A stretch of 64,000 nucleotides of DNA, taken from NCBI RefSeq assembly GCF_001194135.2, contig NC_068997.1:6066379-6130378 (forward strand), in the 5' to 3' direction. Within the stretch, counting starts at the first letter, position 1, and each line of letters starts with the position of its first letter. Under the pieces are notes generated by a model. The model was not told the origin of the DNA. It did not search any database and worked only from the letters and a program-made list of their open reading frames with translations. This document shows, piece by piece, positions 47,992-61,131 of this stretch. Made by a program: the position numbers and the translations under genes. The stretch comes from Octopus bimaculoides. Lineage: Eukaryota.

Positions 47992-48200
47992 CCTTTCTAC
48001 TAAAGGCACAAGGTCTGAAATTTGTGGGGAGGGGACTAGTCGATTACATCGACCCCAGTGCTCAGCTGCTACTTATTTCATCGACCCCGAAAGGATGAAA
48101 GACAAAATCGACCTCGGCAGAATTGGAACACAGAATGTAAAGACGGACAAAATACTGCTAAGCATTTCGCCCAGTGTCCTAACGCTTCTGCCAGCTCGAA
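47445..48200 (-). mobile_element. Head-to-tail array of four family A SINEs in a PEPCK intron
   Basis: Each unit ends AGTAGAAAGGA plus a triplet tail and is followed directly by the next head AAGG(C/T)GG/AAGGCAG. Confidence 0.85.
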
Positions 48201-48336
48201 TAATAATATTGCTAATAATTGTTAAGTTAGCAAGCAGAATCATGCATCATTGGAATGTTGGAAAACATGCCTTGTAGCATTTCTTTAAACCTTTTACATT
48301 CTCAGTTCATATTTTACTGAGGTCAACTTTAAATTT

Positions 48337-48601
48337 CAATTTTTAAACTTTTCCTTATAAAATATTTTAAAAATATCTTTTTATCTTTTACTTGGTTTAG
48401 TCATCGGACTGCAACCATGCTAGGACACTGTCCTGAAGGGTTTAGTTGATAACTTGGACTCAGTACTTATTTTTAAAACCTGGTACTTATTTTATTGGTC
48501 TCTTTTCTAAAACTGTTAAGTTACCAACACTTATCGAGCAGTGGTGGGAGACAAACACACATATATGACAGGCTTCCTTCAGTTTCAGACAACCAAATCC
48601 A
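48337..48601. repeat. Local direct duplication, copy 1 (SINE B piece plus flank)
   Basis: Near-identical to 50029-50294, including the AT-rich flank and shared internal deletions. Confidence 0.85.
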
Positions 48602-49585
48602 GAGTTGATGAAATAAGTACCTGACAAATACTGGATTCAGTTTGGTCAACAGTATCTTTTCAAACACATACCGCCTCATACCTTACATTAGAAATCATGA
48701 TGATTATTATTAGCAATGTCATGGCTGTGGCAGACTAAGTCTTTGAATAAGCTTGTGTCACATAGCTGGAAATAATATCTTCCACATCTTCCTTTAACTC
48801 TAGTTTAGCCTTATCTACTTAGATATAGGTCTGCAATTAACTCTAGGACTCATAAGGCTAGAGCTTAATCTAGTTAGCTTAGTTTTCATGACATGTAAGT
48901 GACTGAGATTACAACACACTCTGCTGAATGAGATGACAGTCTGTTGCAGGATTAACAGCACAGTGGACTGAAAATGTGAAATGATGCATTTTGCTGAAGA
49001 GCACGTTCTGTTTGGTTCAGTAATCAAAACCACAATCTTAGTAGGATACCCAAACCACCAGGCCTTATAGAGAAAATGAAATGAAAAGAATGTCATGAAG
49101 ATATTGCGAGTGAGAGGTGTTAAGTGGCCAGATAAGTGAACATAATCATCAAAATTTGAAGAATTTAGTGAAGTGCTGGTGGTGAAATTTTGTAAAAGTC
49201 AACACAATAAAAGCAAAAAATGAGAAAATAGGTGCATTATGAGCCACAATTGGCTGTGACGTTCAAGTACTGGGCCACTGACCACATGGTTATAAGTTCA
49301 AATCTTACTATAGGTCCCAACTCTGCTCCTTGGTTGGTCAAAGCACATAACTGCTTGTTCCTAAGTGGACCAAGAATGTCTATGTGGTTGTCTGACCTGC
49401 TAGAAATGGCAGCCAAATCTCTATTAAATCACATTGCTATAGTTCTAAAAAAAGGTAAAGTTATTTTGAACAATGTGGTCTAGGAACTGTAGGTGGACAG
49501 GATAGTCACAACTGGAATGTCTCTGATCATGAGTCAGCTGATTAAGGTTGACCAGTGGTGTTGTTAAACAGCAACACCACTGCTT

Positions 49586-49765
49586 GCTCTGTTCAGTATG
49601 GTTCTGATAGCAACCACTACACATTGCAGAGTGCAGTAAAATCCTGATAGCAATCGCATGTTGCAAAGTGAAGTACTGTTCTGATAGTGACTATTGCAGG
49701 TTGCAAGTGCAGCATAGTCCTGATATAGCAATTACTGCAGGTCACAGAGTGCAGTATGACTCTCA
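49586..49765. repeat. Degenerate ~38-40-bp minisatellite (4-5 units)
   Basis: GCAGAGTGCAGTA...CTGATAGCAA motifs recur. Confidence 0.55.
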
Positions 49766-50028
49766 ACTAGGCAGAAGCATGGTGCATCTAGGACAAATCT
49801 GTGGGCTGTGCCTCATAATTCAACTGACTATTTATTTCACCTGGGGTTATACAACAAACACAGGGAGAGACATTCAGAGACAATCAATTGTTCCAACACA
49901 GGTTTCTTCAACCCCTGTGCCACAGCACATGTGTATGCTGTAAGCTTTTGTGGTGCATTACACTGTGTTGGTTAGTGTGTATTTCTTTGCAACAAAGTGC
50001 AATGCATGCACTCATCCTTGTTTTAGAA

Positions 50029-50294
50029 CAATTTTTAAAACTTTTCCTTATAAAATATTTTTAAAATATCTTTTTATCTTTTACTTGGTTTAGTCATCGG
50101 ACTGCAACCATGCTAGGACACTGTCCTGAAGGGTTTAGTTGATAACTTGGACTCAGTACTTATTTTTAAAACCTGGTACTTATTCTATTGGTCTCTTTTG
50201 TCAAACTGTTAAATTACCAACACTTATCAAGCAGTGGTGGGAGACAAACACACATATATGACAGGCTTCTTTCAGTTTCAGATAACCAAATCCA
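50029..50294. repeat. Local direct duplication, copy 2
   Basis: See 48337-48601; this copy continues into the SINE head to ~50400. Confidence 0.85.
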
Positions 50295-51644
50295 CTTTGA
50301 TTGGCCTGGGGCTATAGTAAGATAACATTTGTCCAAGGTGTCATGCAGTGGGACTGAACTCAGAGTCATGTGGTTGGCTAGTAAAATTCTTACCATATAG
50401 CTTTGTCTACACTTATAAAATATATATTGTTTTATAGAATACTTTATTTAAAACATTTTAATATACTTTCAAAAATAAAAAAAACATTTAAGGTGTCTCA
50501 TAAAACATGTAGTGCTGTATTTAGAGCGTTATAAATTCAAAACTGTTGCCTATTTCAGCTGCCTATTTCAGTCTATTTTGACCATATATATATATATATA
50601 TATATATATAAACGATGATGATGATGATGATGATATATATATATATATATTGGGTGTTCAGTGAAGGGCTTTATTTGGAATGATACGTTTTCCTAACAAA
50701 GACACATATATTTCTTTTCTATCCTTTTACTCTGTGCAAGAGTGGGTGAGTCAAGATGACAACTGGACATCAGTGACGCTGGCTGATGTAATGTCTGCAT
50801 GGGAGATAACTGCAGCTAAACTATTGAGATTTAATGTGAATGGAGGCTAGGTAGAGGGTTAGGTCGCTAAAAATAGTGCTACTGGTGGCTAAATGGCGGA
50901 TTGAAGAATTAGATCAAACCTGAGAGCTATGGACCCCCGAGATAGAAGAGCTGATACAGGAACAAGACAAAGCAATCTGAGTTAATACTTCGTCCAACCT
51001 AAGCATAGAGAAAAATATATATCAAAATGACAATGGTGATGATGATATGCCCCATTAGCTACTTTAAATTTATTTAAATTCAAGAAACCAAAATTCAAAT
51101 GTGTGTGTACTTACATACTCCATGATAGATTTTATAGGATATAAGGTGTGAATTCATTTAACTCATTAACAAATCAATTATCAATGTAAAGCAATTATAA
51201 AAATTTCTAAGACATTATAAATTTACAGAACAGAAGAATGAAATTATGCAAAGTTAATACCTTAATTAAAGATAAAATATAAGACGTTGGCCCATGGAGA
51301 TGGTTTCACAAGAGCTTCATTCACCTTGCCATGCATGCATGGGTCATATGGAACTTGCTGGTCATAGAAAAGTCTGCCTCAACATCTTCTGTCTGAACTG
51401 TGCAAGTGTGGAGAGGTGGCGTTAATGATCAGGAAAGATTTCTAACAGTGACATATGACCATGATAATAGCTTTTGAGTGGTGTTTATTTTATCAAACCC
51501 CTGAGAGGGTGAAAACAAGATTTATCTAGGTGAAACATGAACCAAGAACATAATTTTGTTGTATCTCAGGAGGGTCATTATTCCAATAATTAACACTTGC
51601 ACTGGTTTTATTTCAGGTTTTAATAATCTATTTGTCAAATAAGG

Positions 51645-52240
51645 GAGCAAGCTGGCAGAGTTGTTAGTATGCCTGGCAAAATGCTTAGTGGTATTTTGTC
51701 TGTTGCTATGTTCTGAGTTCAAATTCCGCCGAGGTCGATTTTGCCTTTCATCCTTTCAGAGTCGATGAAATAAGTACCAGTCAAGTGCTGAGGTTGATGT
51801 AATTGACAAGTCCCCTCCCCACAAATTTCAGGCCTTGTGCCTGTAGTAGAAAGGATTATTTATTTGTCAATTGGTTAACCATTTAACAAATTAACTGATT
51901 GATTGTTTGATTAATTGTTTAGTTAATCAATCAGTCAGTTATGTTTGTCAAAGTCCTTTCATGGCCATTTGCAGCCTTATCAATGACACTCTCTCTATTC
52001 CAGGTCTGCCTGTCTCTAAATATTAATTTCAAATTTTGGCACAAGGCCAGCAATTTACAGGGAGGGGGAAGTTGATTACTTCAACCTTAGCGCTCAACTG
52101 ATACTTATTTTATCAACCATGAAAGGAGAAAAGGCAAAGTCAACCTTGGAGAAATTTGAACTCAGAACATAAAGGTGGACAAAATACTGCTAAGCATTTT
52201 GCCTGGCATGCTAACAATTCTGCCAGCTCACCATCTTGCC
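51645..52240. mobile_element. Inverted pair of family A SINEs (+ 51645-51865, - 52040-52240)
   Basis: Same family in opposite orientations, ~175 nt apart. Confidence 0.8.
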
Positions 52241-52400
52241 TCTCTCTAAATACTGCAAGGTAGTTTGACATCCACTATACAGACACTGTAGATACTGTCA
52301 TTTCACTGCTGTTGCTAATTTACTGTCATGTCTTGTGAGCACTCAGATGGGTGATTGCTAACTTATTTAAAAACAACAGAATGATTTCCTATCAACTCAC

Positions 52401-52504
52401 CTTCAGGACGTCTGCCACCAAATATAATGGCATCAATAGGGACTCCTTCAGGACTTTCCCAAGCCTCATCCATGTTAGGACATTGGTTGGCTGGTGTACA
52501 GAAT
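52401..52504 (-). CDS. PEPCK: PEPCK coding exon (absent from the ORF track)
   Basis: ttttcag|A TTC TGT; [34 protein letters not shown]; donor gtgagt; 104 nt, phase 2-1. Confidence 0.96.
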
Positions 52505-54841
52505 CTGAAAATAATTCAAAAGACATTCTTATTAAGGTATAACTCAGGATATGAAAAAACTGATTTCATAGCCAAACATGACTTCATTGAAGATTGAAAA
52601 TGAATGACATCTCGTTGCTTGTATGACAGTAACATTTGTTTATAACTAGCACACGTGTGTGTGTGGCACTATTCTCTCAGCTGCTATAATTATATGAAGG
52701 AAGAACTACACATATCTCATCCCCATTTTTGTGCCGCCAGTTATCCCTCCCCTTGAAACCACTTTCTTTCACCTGTTGTCACGAATCTTGCATTCACACA
52801 CATCTACATACATATGGCTGTATAGCCATATCTATCTGCCAACTACTTCCCCTCTCTAATCATTATTGTTTAACATCCATTTTTCCATGCTTGCACGAGT
52901 TGAATGGATGCTCTTCCTGTCACCAACGCTCACCTGTTTCTGACACGTTTCAGAAGATAGACATTAAAGGACACTGCTTGTAAGATGGTGATACATGTAC
53001 CACACAACATCAAGTAAAGGAAACAGTAACACACACAAGCACACGTACAAATATATCTGATGCACCTCCTTCGGTTTCTGTTATGCTCAAGGCTTTGGCC
53101 AGCCTGGAGCTATAATAAAAGACACTTGTCTGAAAGTGTTGCAGAGTGGGACCAAGCCCTAAACCATGTGATTATGCAGTTGGGAAGAAAAGAACTAACC
53201 AGCTGTGAACCCAATTTTCTTCTTTTCTCTTTCCAATCGACATACACACACACCAACACAAAAAAACACACACTCACACACACACTTTCTCTCTCTCTCT
53301 CTCACTTTTCCTCACCCTCTCTTACTATCCTATATCTCTCTCTCTCCACCCCTACACACTCAATAAAACTATATAAAGAGACCCGCTAGAAAGTTTTCTC
53401 AAAACAATTTGAAAAACCTACACAACTAGGTGAAAAGCGCTTCATTTAATATGTGACATTAATAAAAATCTGTAAATGTACAAACATCCAGGTTTCTGAG
53501 TACCTTAATTAATTTTTTTCTATATATATATATATAAGTATGTTTGTGTGTCTGTGTTTGNNNNNNNNNNNNNNNNNNNNNNNNNNNNNNNNNNNNNNNN
53601 NNNNNNNNNNNNNNNNNNNNNNNNNNNNNNNNNNNNNNNNNNNNNNNNNNNNNNNNNNNNNNNNNNNNNNNNNNNNNNNNNNNNNNNNNNNNNNNNNNNN
53701 NNNNNNNNNNNNNNNNNNNNNNNNNNNNNNNNNNNNNNNNNNNNNNNNNNNNNNNNNNNNNNNNNNNNNNNNNNNNNNNNNNNNNNNNNNNNNNNNNNNN
53801 NNNNNNNNNNNNNNNNNNNNNNNNNNNNNNNNNNNNNNNNNNNNNNNNNNNNNNNNNNNNNNNNNNNNNNNNNNNNNNNNNNNNNNNNNNNNNNNNNNNN
53901 NNNNNNNNNNNNNNNNNNNNNNNNNNNNNNNNNNNNNNNNNNNNNNNNNNNNNNNNNNNNNNNNNNNNNNNNNNNNNNNNNNNNNNNNNNNNNNNNNNNN
54001 NNNNNNNNNNNNNNNNNNNNNNNNNNNNNNNNNNNNNNNNNNNNNNNNNNNNNNNNNNNNNNNNNNNNNNNNNNNNNNNNNNNNNNNNNNNNNNNNNNNN
54101 NNNNNNNNNNNNNNNNNNNNNNNNNNNNNNNNNNNNNNNNNNNNNNNNNNNNNNNNNNNNNNNNNNNNNNNNNNNNNNNNNNNNNNNNNNNNNNNNNNNN
54201 NNNNNNNNNNNNNNNNNNNNNNNNNNNNNNNNNNNNNNNNNNNNNNNNNNNNNNNNNNNNNNNNNNNNNNNNNNNNNNNNNNNNNNNNNNNNNNNNNNNA
54301 AAAAAAAAAAAAAAAAAAAAAAATACAGTTGCATAATCAAAATCTTGAGGCTACAAGATAATACAGGATAAATTCAAAACAATCTGAATAAATATTACAT
54401 TGGATAGAATCATCTGAATGCTAAAGGGTTGAAAGTGAACAAACAAAAGTGAGTTTTTGCCATCAAATTGCAGAGATAAATCATTTCATGAAAAGTATCA
54501 CACACACTACATTACATTTGTGACACTCTAGTATGCATTTTATGTTTATGTGTCAAGCAAAATACCCTTTTAAAGGTATTTTCACACACTACCTGGTAAG
54601 TCACTATCATCATTATCATCATCGTTGTAATGTTCACATTTCCATGATGCATGGATCACATGGAACTTGTTGAGGCAGATTTGTTATGGGCTGATGCTTT
54701 TTCTGTTACCAGCCCTCACCTGTTTCCAAGCAAAGTAATATATCCCCTTGTCTGGACATGTTTTCACAGAAGACTGGAAGTGAGGACACGGCTTGTATGA
54801 TGATACAATTTGTCTATAACTACCATAGTGTCAAGACAAGG

Positions 54842-54908
<67 letters not shown>

Positions 54909-54918
54909 NNNNNNNNNN

Positions 54919-54968
<50 letters not shown>

Positions 54969-54974
54969 CATAGA

Positions 54975-55200
54975 CGTGGCTGTGTGGTAAGAAGCTCGCT
55001 TCCCAACTTCATGGTTCAGGGTTCAGTCTCACTGCATGGCACCTTGGAGAAGTGTCTTCTATGTTGGAGTGCTTATGTCCCTGTAACTTAGCAGTTCAGC
55101 AAAAGAGACTGATAGAATAAGTATACCGGGTTTTAAAAAGTACTAGGATTAAAATTTCTTCAAGGTAGTGCCCCAGCATGGCCACAGTATAATGACTGGA
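54975..55200 (+). mobile_element. SINE family B with internal deletion
   Basis: Head CGTGGCTGTGTGGTAAGAAGCTCGCTTCCCAAC and 3' block present. Confidence 0.75.
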
Positions 55201-55472
55201 ATAATATATATGTAAAACACTACCTATAACAACTGGAGCCTCTAATGTGCACACTAGATCCACTAGAAATAGCAGCCAAATCACCTTCATAATGATCACA
55301 CCTAGCTATTTAACACAAATAAAGGGCACATTAGTTGATGCAGTTCTAAATATCCTGAATAAGACTGGATGGCTACACTTGGAATGCCTTTTGATTGCAG
55401 GCTTGCTCAATCAGGCTGACCTGGGGTTAAGCAACAACAACAACAATAAAATATTTCAAGCATTTTTTTCAC

Positions 55473-55677
55473 CTGGAATTTGGGTGAGCAGCTGTCCTCC
55501 CACTTTCAGGAGTCCAGTCTTTAATGCCAAGCCATGATGATATCTGCACATCTTTTGACATTTCCTCTTCCAGTCCTTCCCAGAAGAATCCTCCATCATT
55601 TGTTGATGCCACATTGGTGAAAATGGTGTTCTTCTCAATAGTCTTCATGGCATTAGGGTTGGTTTTGTAGGACGTAC
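55473..55677 (-). CDS. PEPCK: PEPCK coding exon
   Basis: ctctcag|GT ACG; [33 protein letters not shown]; donor gtgaaa; 205 nt, phase 1-2. Confidence 0.96.
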
Positions 55678-55689
55678 CTGAGAGATGGA

Positions 55690-56220
55690 CATGAAGTATA
55701 TGTAGTGCATGTGGTTTACAGAGACAGAGGGAGCGAGGGATAGACATGGTATAGGGTGGGGGGCACGAGGGTATACATGTGGAATAAGGCATTGGGGGTG
55801 AGGTCAGGAGTACGTGTCATAGAGCAAAGGGGGTGAGGGTGGTGAGGGATACATGTAGAGTAGGGGGGAGGAATACATGTAGTTTGAAAGATACAGAGAG
55901 CTGAGATACTTGTATCATATGTGGTACAGAGGTAGAGGGAGTGAGGAACATATGTAATACATGTGTCGTAGAGAGATAGGGTAGTGATGAGGTATACATA
56001 GATGTGATGTAGAGAGAGAGAGGAAGTATATGTGGAACATGTGATATAGCAAGGGTGGGTCATGAGCTACATGTTGAGAGATAAGGGTGATGAGAGTACA
56101 GTAGGAATACCTTATGATGTAGGGAGATAGAGGGAATGAAGAGATACATGTGATGTAGGGAGTAGTGAAGTACATGTATAGAGTTTGGGTGCAAAATGAG
56201 GTTGATGTGATGTAGAAGTT
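55690..56220. repeat. Degenerate purine-rich (+) repeat with recurring TACATGT motif
   Basis: ATACATGT/ACATGTAG recurs roughly every 25-40 nt in G/A-rich sequence. Confidence 0.6.
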
Positions 56221-57233
56221 CATGAAAAACAAAAATACAGAAATAAACCTCAACCTTTGACATGGTTGAACAAGCAATCGCAGCCAGTTGGGATTCACAG
56301 TATGGGCTGGATTATACATCCTTTCAATTGCTGAATACAAAATGTGGCTCTTGAGACCTCCATTTTGATGATTTCCCTGAGTCACCATCTCGCCCTTGCA
56401 TGCCAATTTGTTGCAAGGTTATCCATTTAGAGCTTAGTGGACTGGAGCAATGGGAAAATGAAATGTTTTTCTCAAGAACACAATGCACAGCTAGTCTGGG
56501 AATCAAAACCATTATCTTGCAATCACAAGTTGAACAACACTCTAACCACTGAGCCACATGCAAAGCAAACATAAATGATGAATTATGATCAAGAGAGTGT
56601 TCAAAGAATCTGGAATGCCTCTAACACATCACATAACTTGCTAGAAGTAGCAGTCAAACTTCGCTCAAATTATACCCAATCAAATTTTTAAAAATGAAAA
56701 TCCTTAGATAATGTTGTCATCATTGTCATCATCATTATCCTATGCCTGCTTTCATAATGATTTCCATCACAGCCTGAGTCATTTCTTATTAGCTGCTCCA
56801 AAAATTGGTACTTGTTTGTATCATTTGGTTTGGTTTCTACTGCTGGATGCCTTTCAATCACCAGTCATTTTACAGATGTACTGGGGGACATTTTGTCAGG
56901 GCACCAGCATTCAAGGAAACTTGCAACCCTACACTTTCTCTGCTCATTTGACAACCATGTTACAGTGTGTACTGAGTGTATTTTTCATGGCACTAGCATT
57001 GGAAAGCTTGTCTTGCTCAGTAATCAATCTAGAATAAACATGGCTGAGGAAGCTTTCCTCTGTGAGACCACCATAAGAGGAATGTGCCTCGATCACAGTA
57101 AAATCTAGAAAGAACTACATGATGTATAAGAACAGGATGATCCAACAGAAATCTTTGAGGATACAGGTCTGCTGAGTCTGAAGAACAACAAATGAAATAT
57201 AAGTAAAAGGAACAAAAAAGCTGTAAATTTAAC

Positions 57234-57447
57234 CTGGAGCAACTCCGAAAAATCCTGCCTCTGGATTAATAGCTCTAAGTTTCCCTTCACTGTCAAATTT
57301 CATCCAGGCTATATCATCACCAACACAGGTGATTTTATAACCAGGTAATGTGGGGTTCATCATTGCTAAATTAGTTTTGCCACAAGCACTTGGAAAGGCT
57401 GCTGCTACATATTTTTTCTCTCCTTTTGGATTTTCAATTCCTAAGAT
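57234..57447 (-). CDS. PEPCK: PEPCK coding exon (P-loop and metal site)
   Basis: cttcag|ATC; [51 protein letters not shown]; donor gttaaa; 214 nt, phase 0-1. Confidence 0.96.
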
Positions 57448-57884
57448 CTGAAGAGAAAGAAGAAAAAAAAAATTTAAAAAACACATTACACATACACAAA
57501 TTTAAATTAAAAACAAAAAAAAAGTAGTGCAAAAAAGGTCAAATGGAGTGCATATATGTCCCTTCTAACTACTGGAAATTGTTTTTGTTCAGTAACACAA
57601 CTGTAAGTATAATCTGAACATAAGAGCATGTGGTCAGTAGTCGTGCACCTGAAACCCTTCAGCACTTAAACAGGCCATATCTTGTCCAAATATTCTAACT
57701 GGTGACCCAGCATGGCAGCAGTCCAAAGATGAAAAGATATTTCCCTTAAACTGAACCTTACTGACTTAAATAATAACAGAAAAGATTGAATAATGCAGTC
57801 CAGGACATACTCCTGGACAGTGTGGTCATTTCAAATTGTCAGAAAATATTTGAACTAAACAGACAGTGAACATGTATGGAAATG

Positions 57885-59869
57885 CAAGTGTAGAAAAAAG
57901 TTGACCCAGAAGTGGACAAATCTTATGAATCATATAAAAAACCAGCATCCCGAGTATTCTACTACACAAGCAACTGGACAACCATCTTTATTGAGTTTTC
58001 TTTCACCGAGAAGTAGTTTGGTTAGTCGCTTGGCTTTAAATGTTTATGGTTGGATCAAGTGGGTATCTGTTGGTTTAAAACCATTTTCCTTTACCGAAGA
58101 CCCCTGACTCGTAAGTACACAAACTTACAAATGTGACCTTAAAGAAATACATGGAGAAACTTACTCAAGAAATAGAAAAGAAAATATCTGATGAACTTCC
58201 AAGTAAATTTTCATTAGTAATCAATGGTTGGACTAAGGGTTTGACACATTTCATTTGATTTTTCGCATCTTATTCGTGCAATTATCAAAATGACTATTGT
58301 ACTGTTTTGCTGGCATTTTCGTTAACGGTAAGTGAAACATCATTTGCTGCTTCTGATTATGTTGAATTTATAGAGTATGTGTTAAGTGTCTATAACAAAA
58401 ATTTAGAAAATGTAGCTATTACCTGAGATAATACTGTAGTGAACAAATCTATAGTGAATTTGTGTAGAATACCATTGATTGGATGTGCCTCATAAATTCT
58501 GTCTAGCTGTTTCTGCTTATCTCGACAAGCAGGAAGTTCCGCTTGAGAATATTAATGTTGATGGGTCAGCTAAAATCATTAAAACTAGTGGGTAAACTTC
58601 AGGGAAAAACACCTTTGCAACCTATACAAAGAAATAAAACCCGTTGGTCCAGTACTTATGACACAATTGAGAGGTACATCCAACTCAAGCCGTTTTTAGA
58701 CTCTTTTCAAGACAATCTAAAGCTGGAAATTACTATTTGTAAATCTCACAACATGAGATATTCAGCAACAGTACTTCAGAGTAAAGATTGTTGTATAGCC
58801 AGCTGGAGACGATGTCTCCTGTAACATTCGTCCTAAACCAGGACTGCCATGTTACATTGGCAAACAACCTTTACTCCAATCCATAGCTGGTTGATTATCT
58901 GTTGACTTCATGCAATCATAATGATCCGCACACTCTAAAAGACAATTTAGGAATGTTATACTCAATAACAGTCACCTTGCAAAGAACAGAAATAAATTTG
59001 GGAGATGCTCATATTCTTTTTGACGAAATTCTCACATTGTATCCTTATGAGGAGTTTAAAAGATATTTGCTTTCATTGGCAGCCATTGTGCACAGCCCAA
59101 ATTTTGAAAGTGAAGTTGTGAAAATTTTACAACAAGCAGAAGCAGAGCTAACTGTAGATGAAGTGGCTGATCTACATCAGCTGAAAGTGATCGTAGACAC
59201 ATTACAACAGTCTGGTTTACCCGTAGAAGATGATGATTTTGCTTCAATTTGTTTGAAAAAACACAAAAAAGATAAAATTTCAACTCCACAATATCTGAAC
59301 TGTAGATTTTTGTTACCAACATCCAACATCTTGGGACATTTCTTCAGCTCAGCAGGTTACGCTTTTAATGATTTTCAGCAATACTTAACATCAATGAATT
59401 TAGAAATGCAATTATTTCTGATAGTCAATCACACATTCTGGGATGAAGACCTAGTTTCATAAATCTGCAATCATTCATGACCTTTTGCTATATTAGAACA
59501 TTTTAATTGCGCTACTTGTTTGAGAAACTCTTTCAATTAAAGACCTTCAATTTATTTGCTTTTCAACTACTGTACAATGTAGAGTATACATGTTGTTTGT
59601 TACCTATTCTAAATCAATAAAACTGAACTTTGAACGCTTTCTGATAATAAAGATTTTTGAAACTTATAAAACGTGCCTTTTATTTTCTTATCATTTTGGC
59701 TCTTATCTAAACTGAAGCTAACACTGCAAAATATATGGTGTTTTTACATTCCTCAAAATATTTGACAATTAATTGCAATAACTGATTGGCCTGTATCCCA
59801 ATTAAAATCAATTGATTGCTAGGAAAATAATTGATTGGAGAAGTTCTAATCAACTATTTACAACTCCTG
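57885..59869 (+). mobile_element. hAT-family transposon remnant nested antisense in a PEPCK intron
   Basis: BED-finger end TNLMNHIKNQHPEY, FSLVINGWT, IGCASH, QRNKTRWSSTY, PTSNILGHFFS; terminal CAACTCCTG (revcomp CAGGAGTTG); many lesions. Confidence 0.8.
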
Positions 59870-60083
59870 TGTGTGCGTGCATGTGTGTGTGTGTTGTGTA
59901 TACAAACCATAGAAACACATACACACATACAAGCCACAACTATCCTCTATTATTTGCAGGATTATTGCATCCACATTCTCCAAATGATAGGAATGTAATT
60001 TGGAGGAGGTCTGGCTGCTATTTCTAGCAAATGTGTAAATTCCTCCATCATAAAACAAATTGATGTGAGTGACGCTTACTTAC

Positions 60084-60271
60084 CAACATGTGTTCTGCTA
60101 ACCAACCTTCGCGCCTGGCCATAATGGAGCCAAGTCGAAGGGCGAAACATTTCTTGCCCAGTAAGGAATTTCCTCCATAGCCACTTCCAAATGAACAAAT
60201 TTCATTTCTGTCTGGAATATGGGCAATTAAGGTCAGTTTGGGGTTACAAGGCCAATGGGACGGTGTGCTAG
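60084..60271 (-). CDS. PEPCK: PEPCK coding exon (absent from the ORF track)
   Basis: ctttcag|CT AGC; [62 protein letters not shown]; donor gtaagt; 188 nt, phase 1-0. Confidence 0.97.
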
Positions 60272-60899
60272 CTGAAAGAGAAAAGAATAAATAAATAAAT
60301 AAATAAATAAAGGATTGAGTGTTGAACAGTTTATAGTTGTGCTCATTTGAAGGGTTTCAAATAGGGAGATGACAATTAGTTTAGCACATTGCAGAGAAGG
60401 GAGGGTCACATCATAAAGTGGTCTGTTGAGTGGGAAACTAGTCACATCACAAGGTGGTTTGTCAAGGGGCAGCAATCATACTACAAGTGGTCAGTTTAGA
60501 CAGAGAGGAGGATGCCACATCAAGAAATAATCTGATGGGCAGGGCTACATTACAGGGTTGTGTCACATAATGACCAATTTAAGGGTCATTAAATAAGATT
60601 CATTTAGAAGGTAGACAATTTAAGGTGGACACACTGCAGTCACAAGTTTACTTCTTACAGTTATTTCTATAGATTTTCTATAGAAATTACAGCCAGCACT
60701 CATTTGTTGCAATGTTTTGTATTCGAGTATTGCCTATTGTAAACAACGAGATCAAAGATGAAAAATGGGTAATGGGTGTATATGCCATATTTCAGGAATT
60801 CTCGCTCCTTCATCAGCACCACATCCAATCCATACAAAATATTATAAGAAAACAATGCTGGCTATAATTACTATAGAAAATCTATAGAGAATCTATAGG

Positions 60900-61070
60900 C
60901 GTAGGAGTGGCTGTGTGGCAAGTAGCTTGCTTACAAACCACATGGTTCTGGGTTCAGTTCCACTGTGGAAGACCTTGGGCAAGTGTCTTCTAATATAGCC
61001 TCGGGCCGCCCAAAGCCTTGTGAGTGGATTTGCTAGATGGAAACTGAAAGAAGCCCGTCGTATATATGTG

Positions 61071-61131
<61 letters not shown>

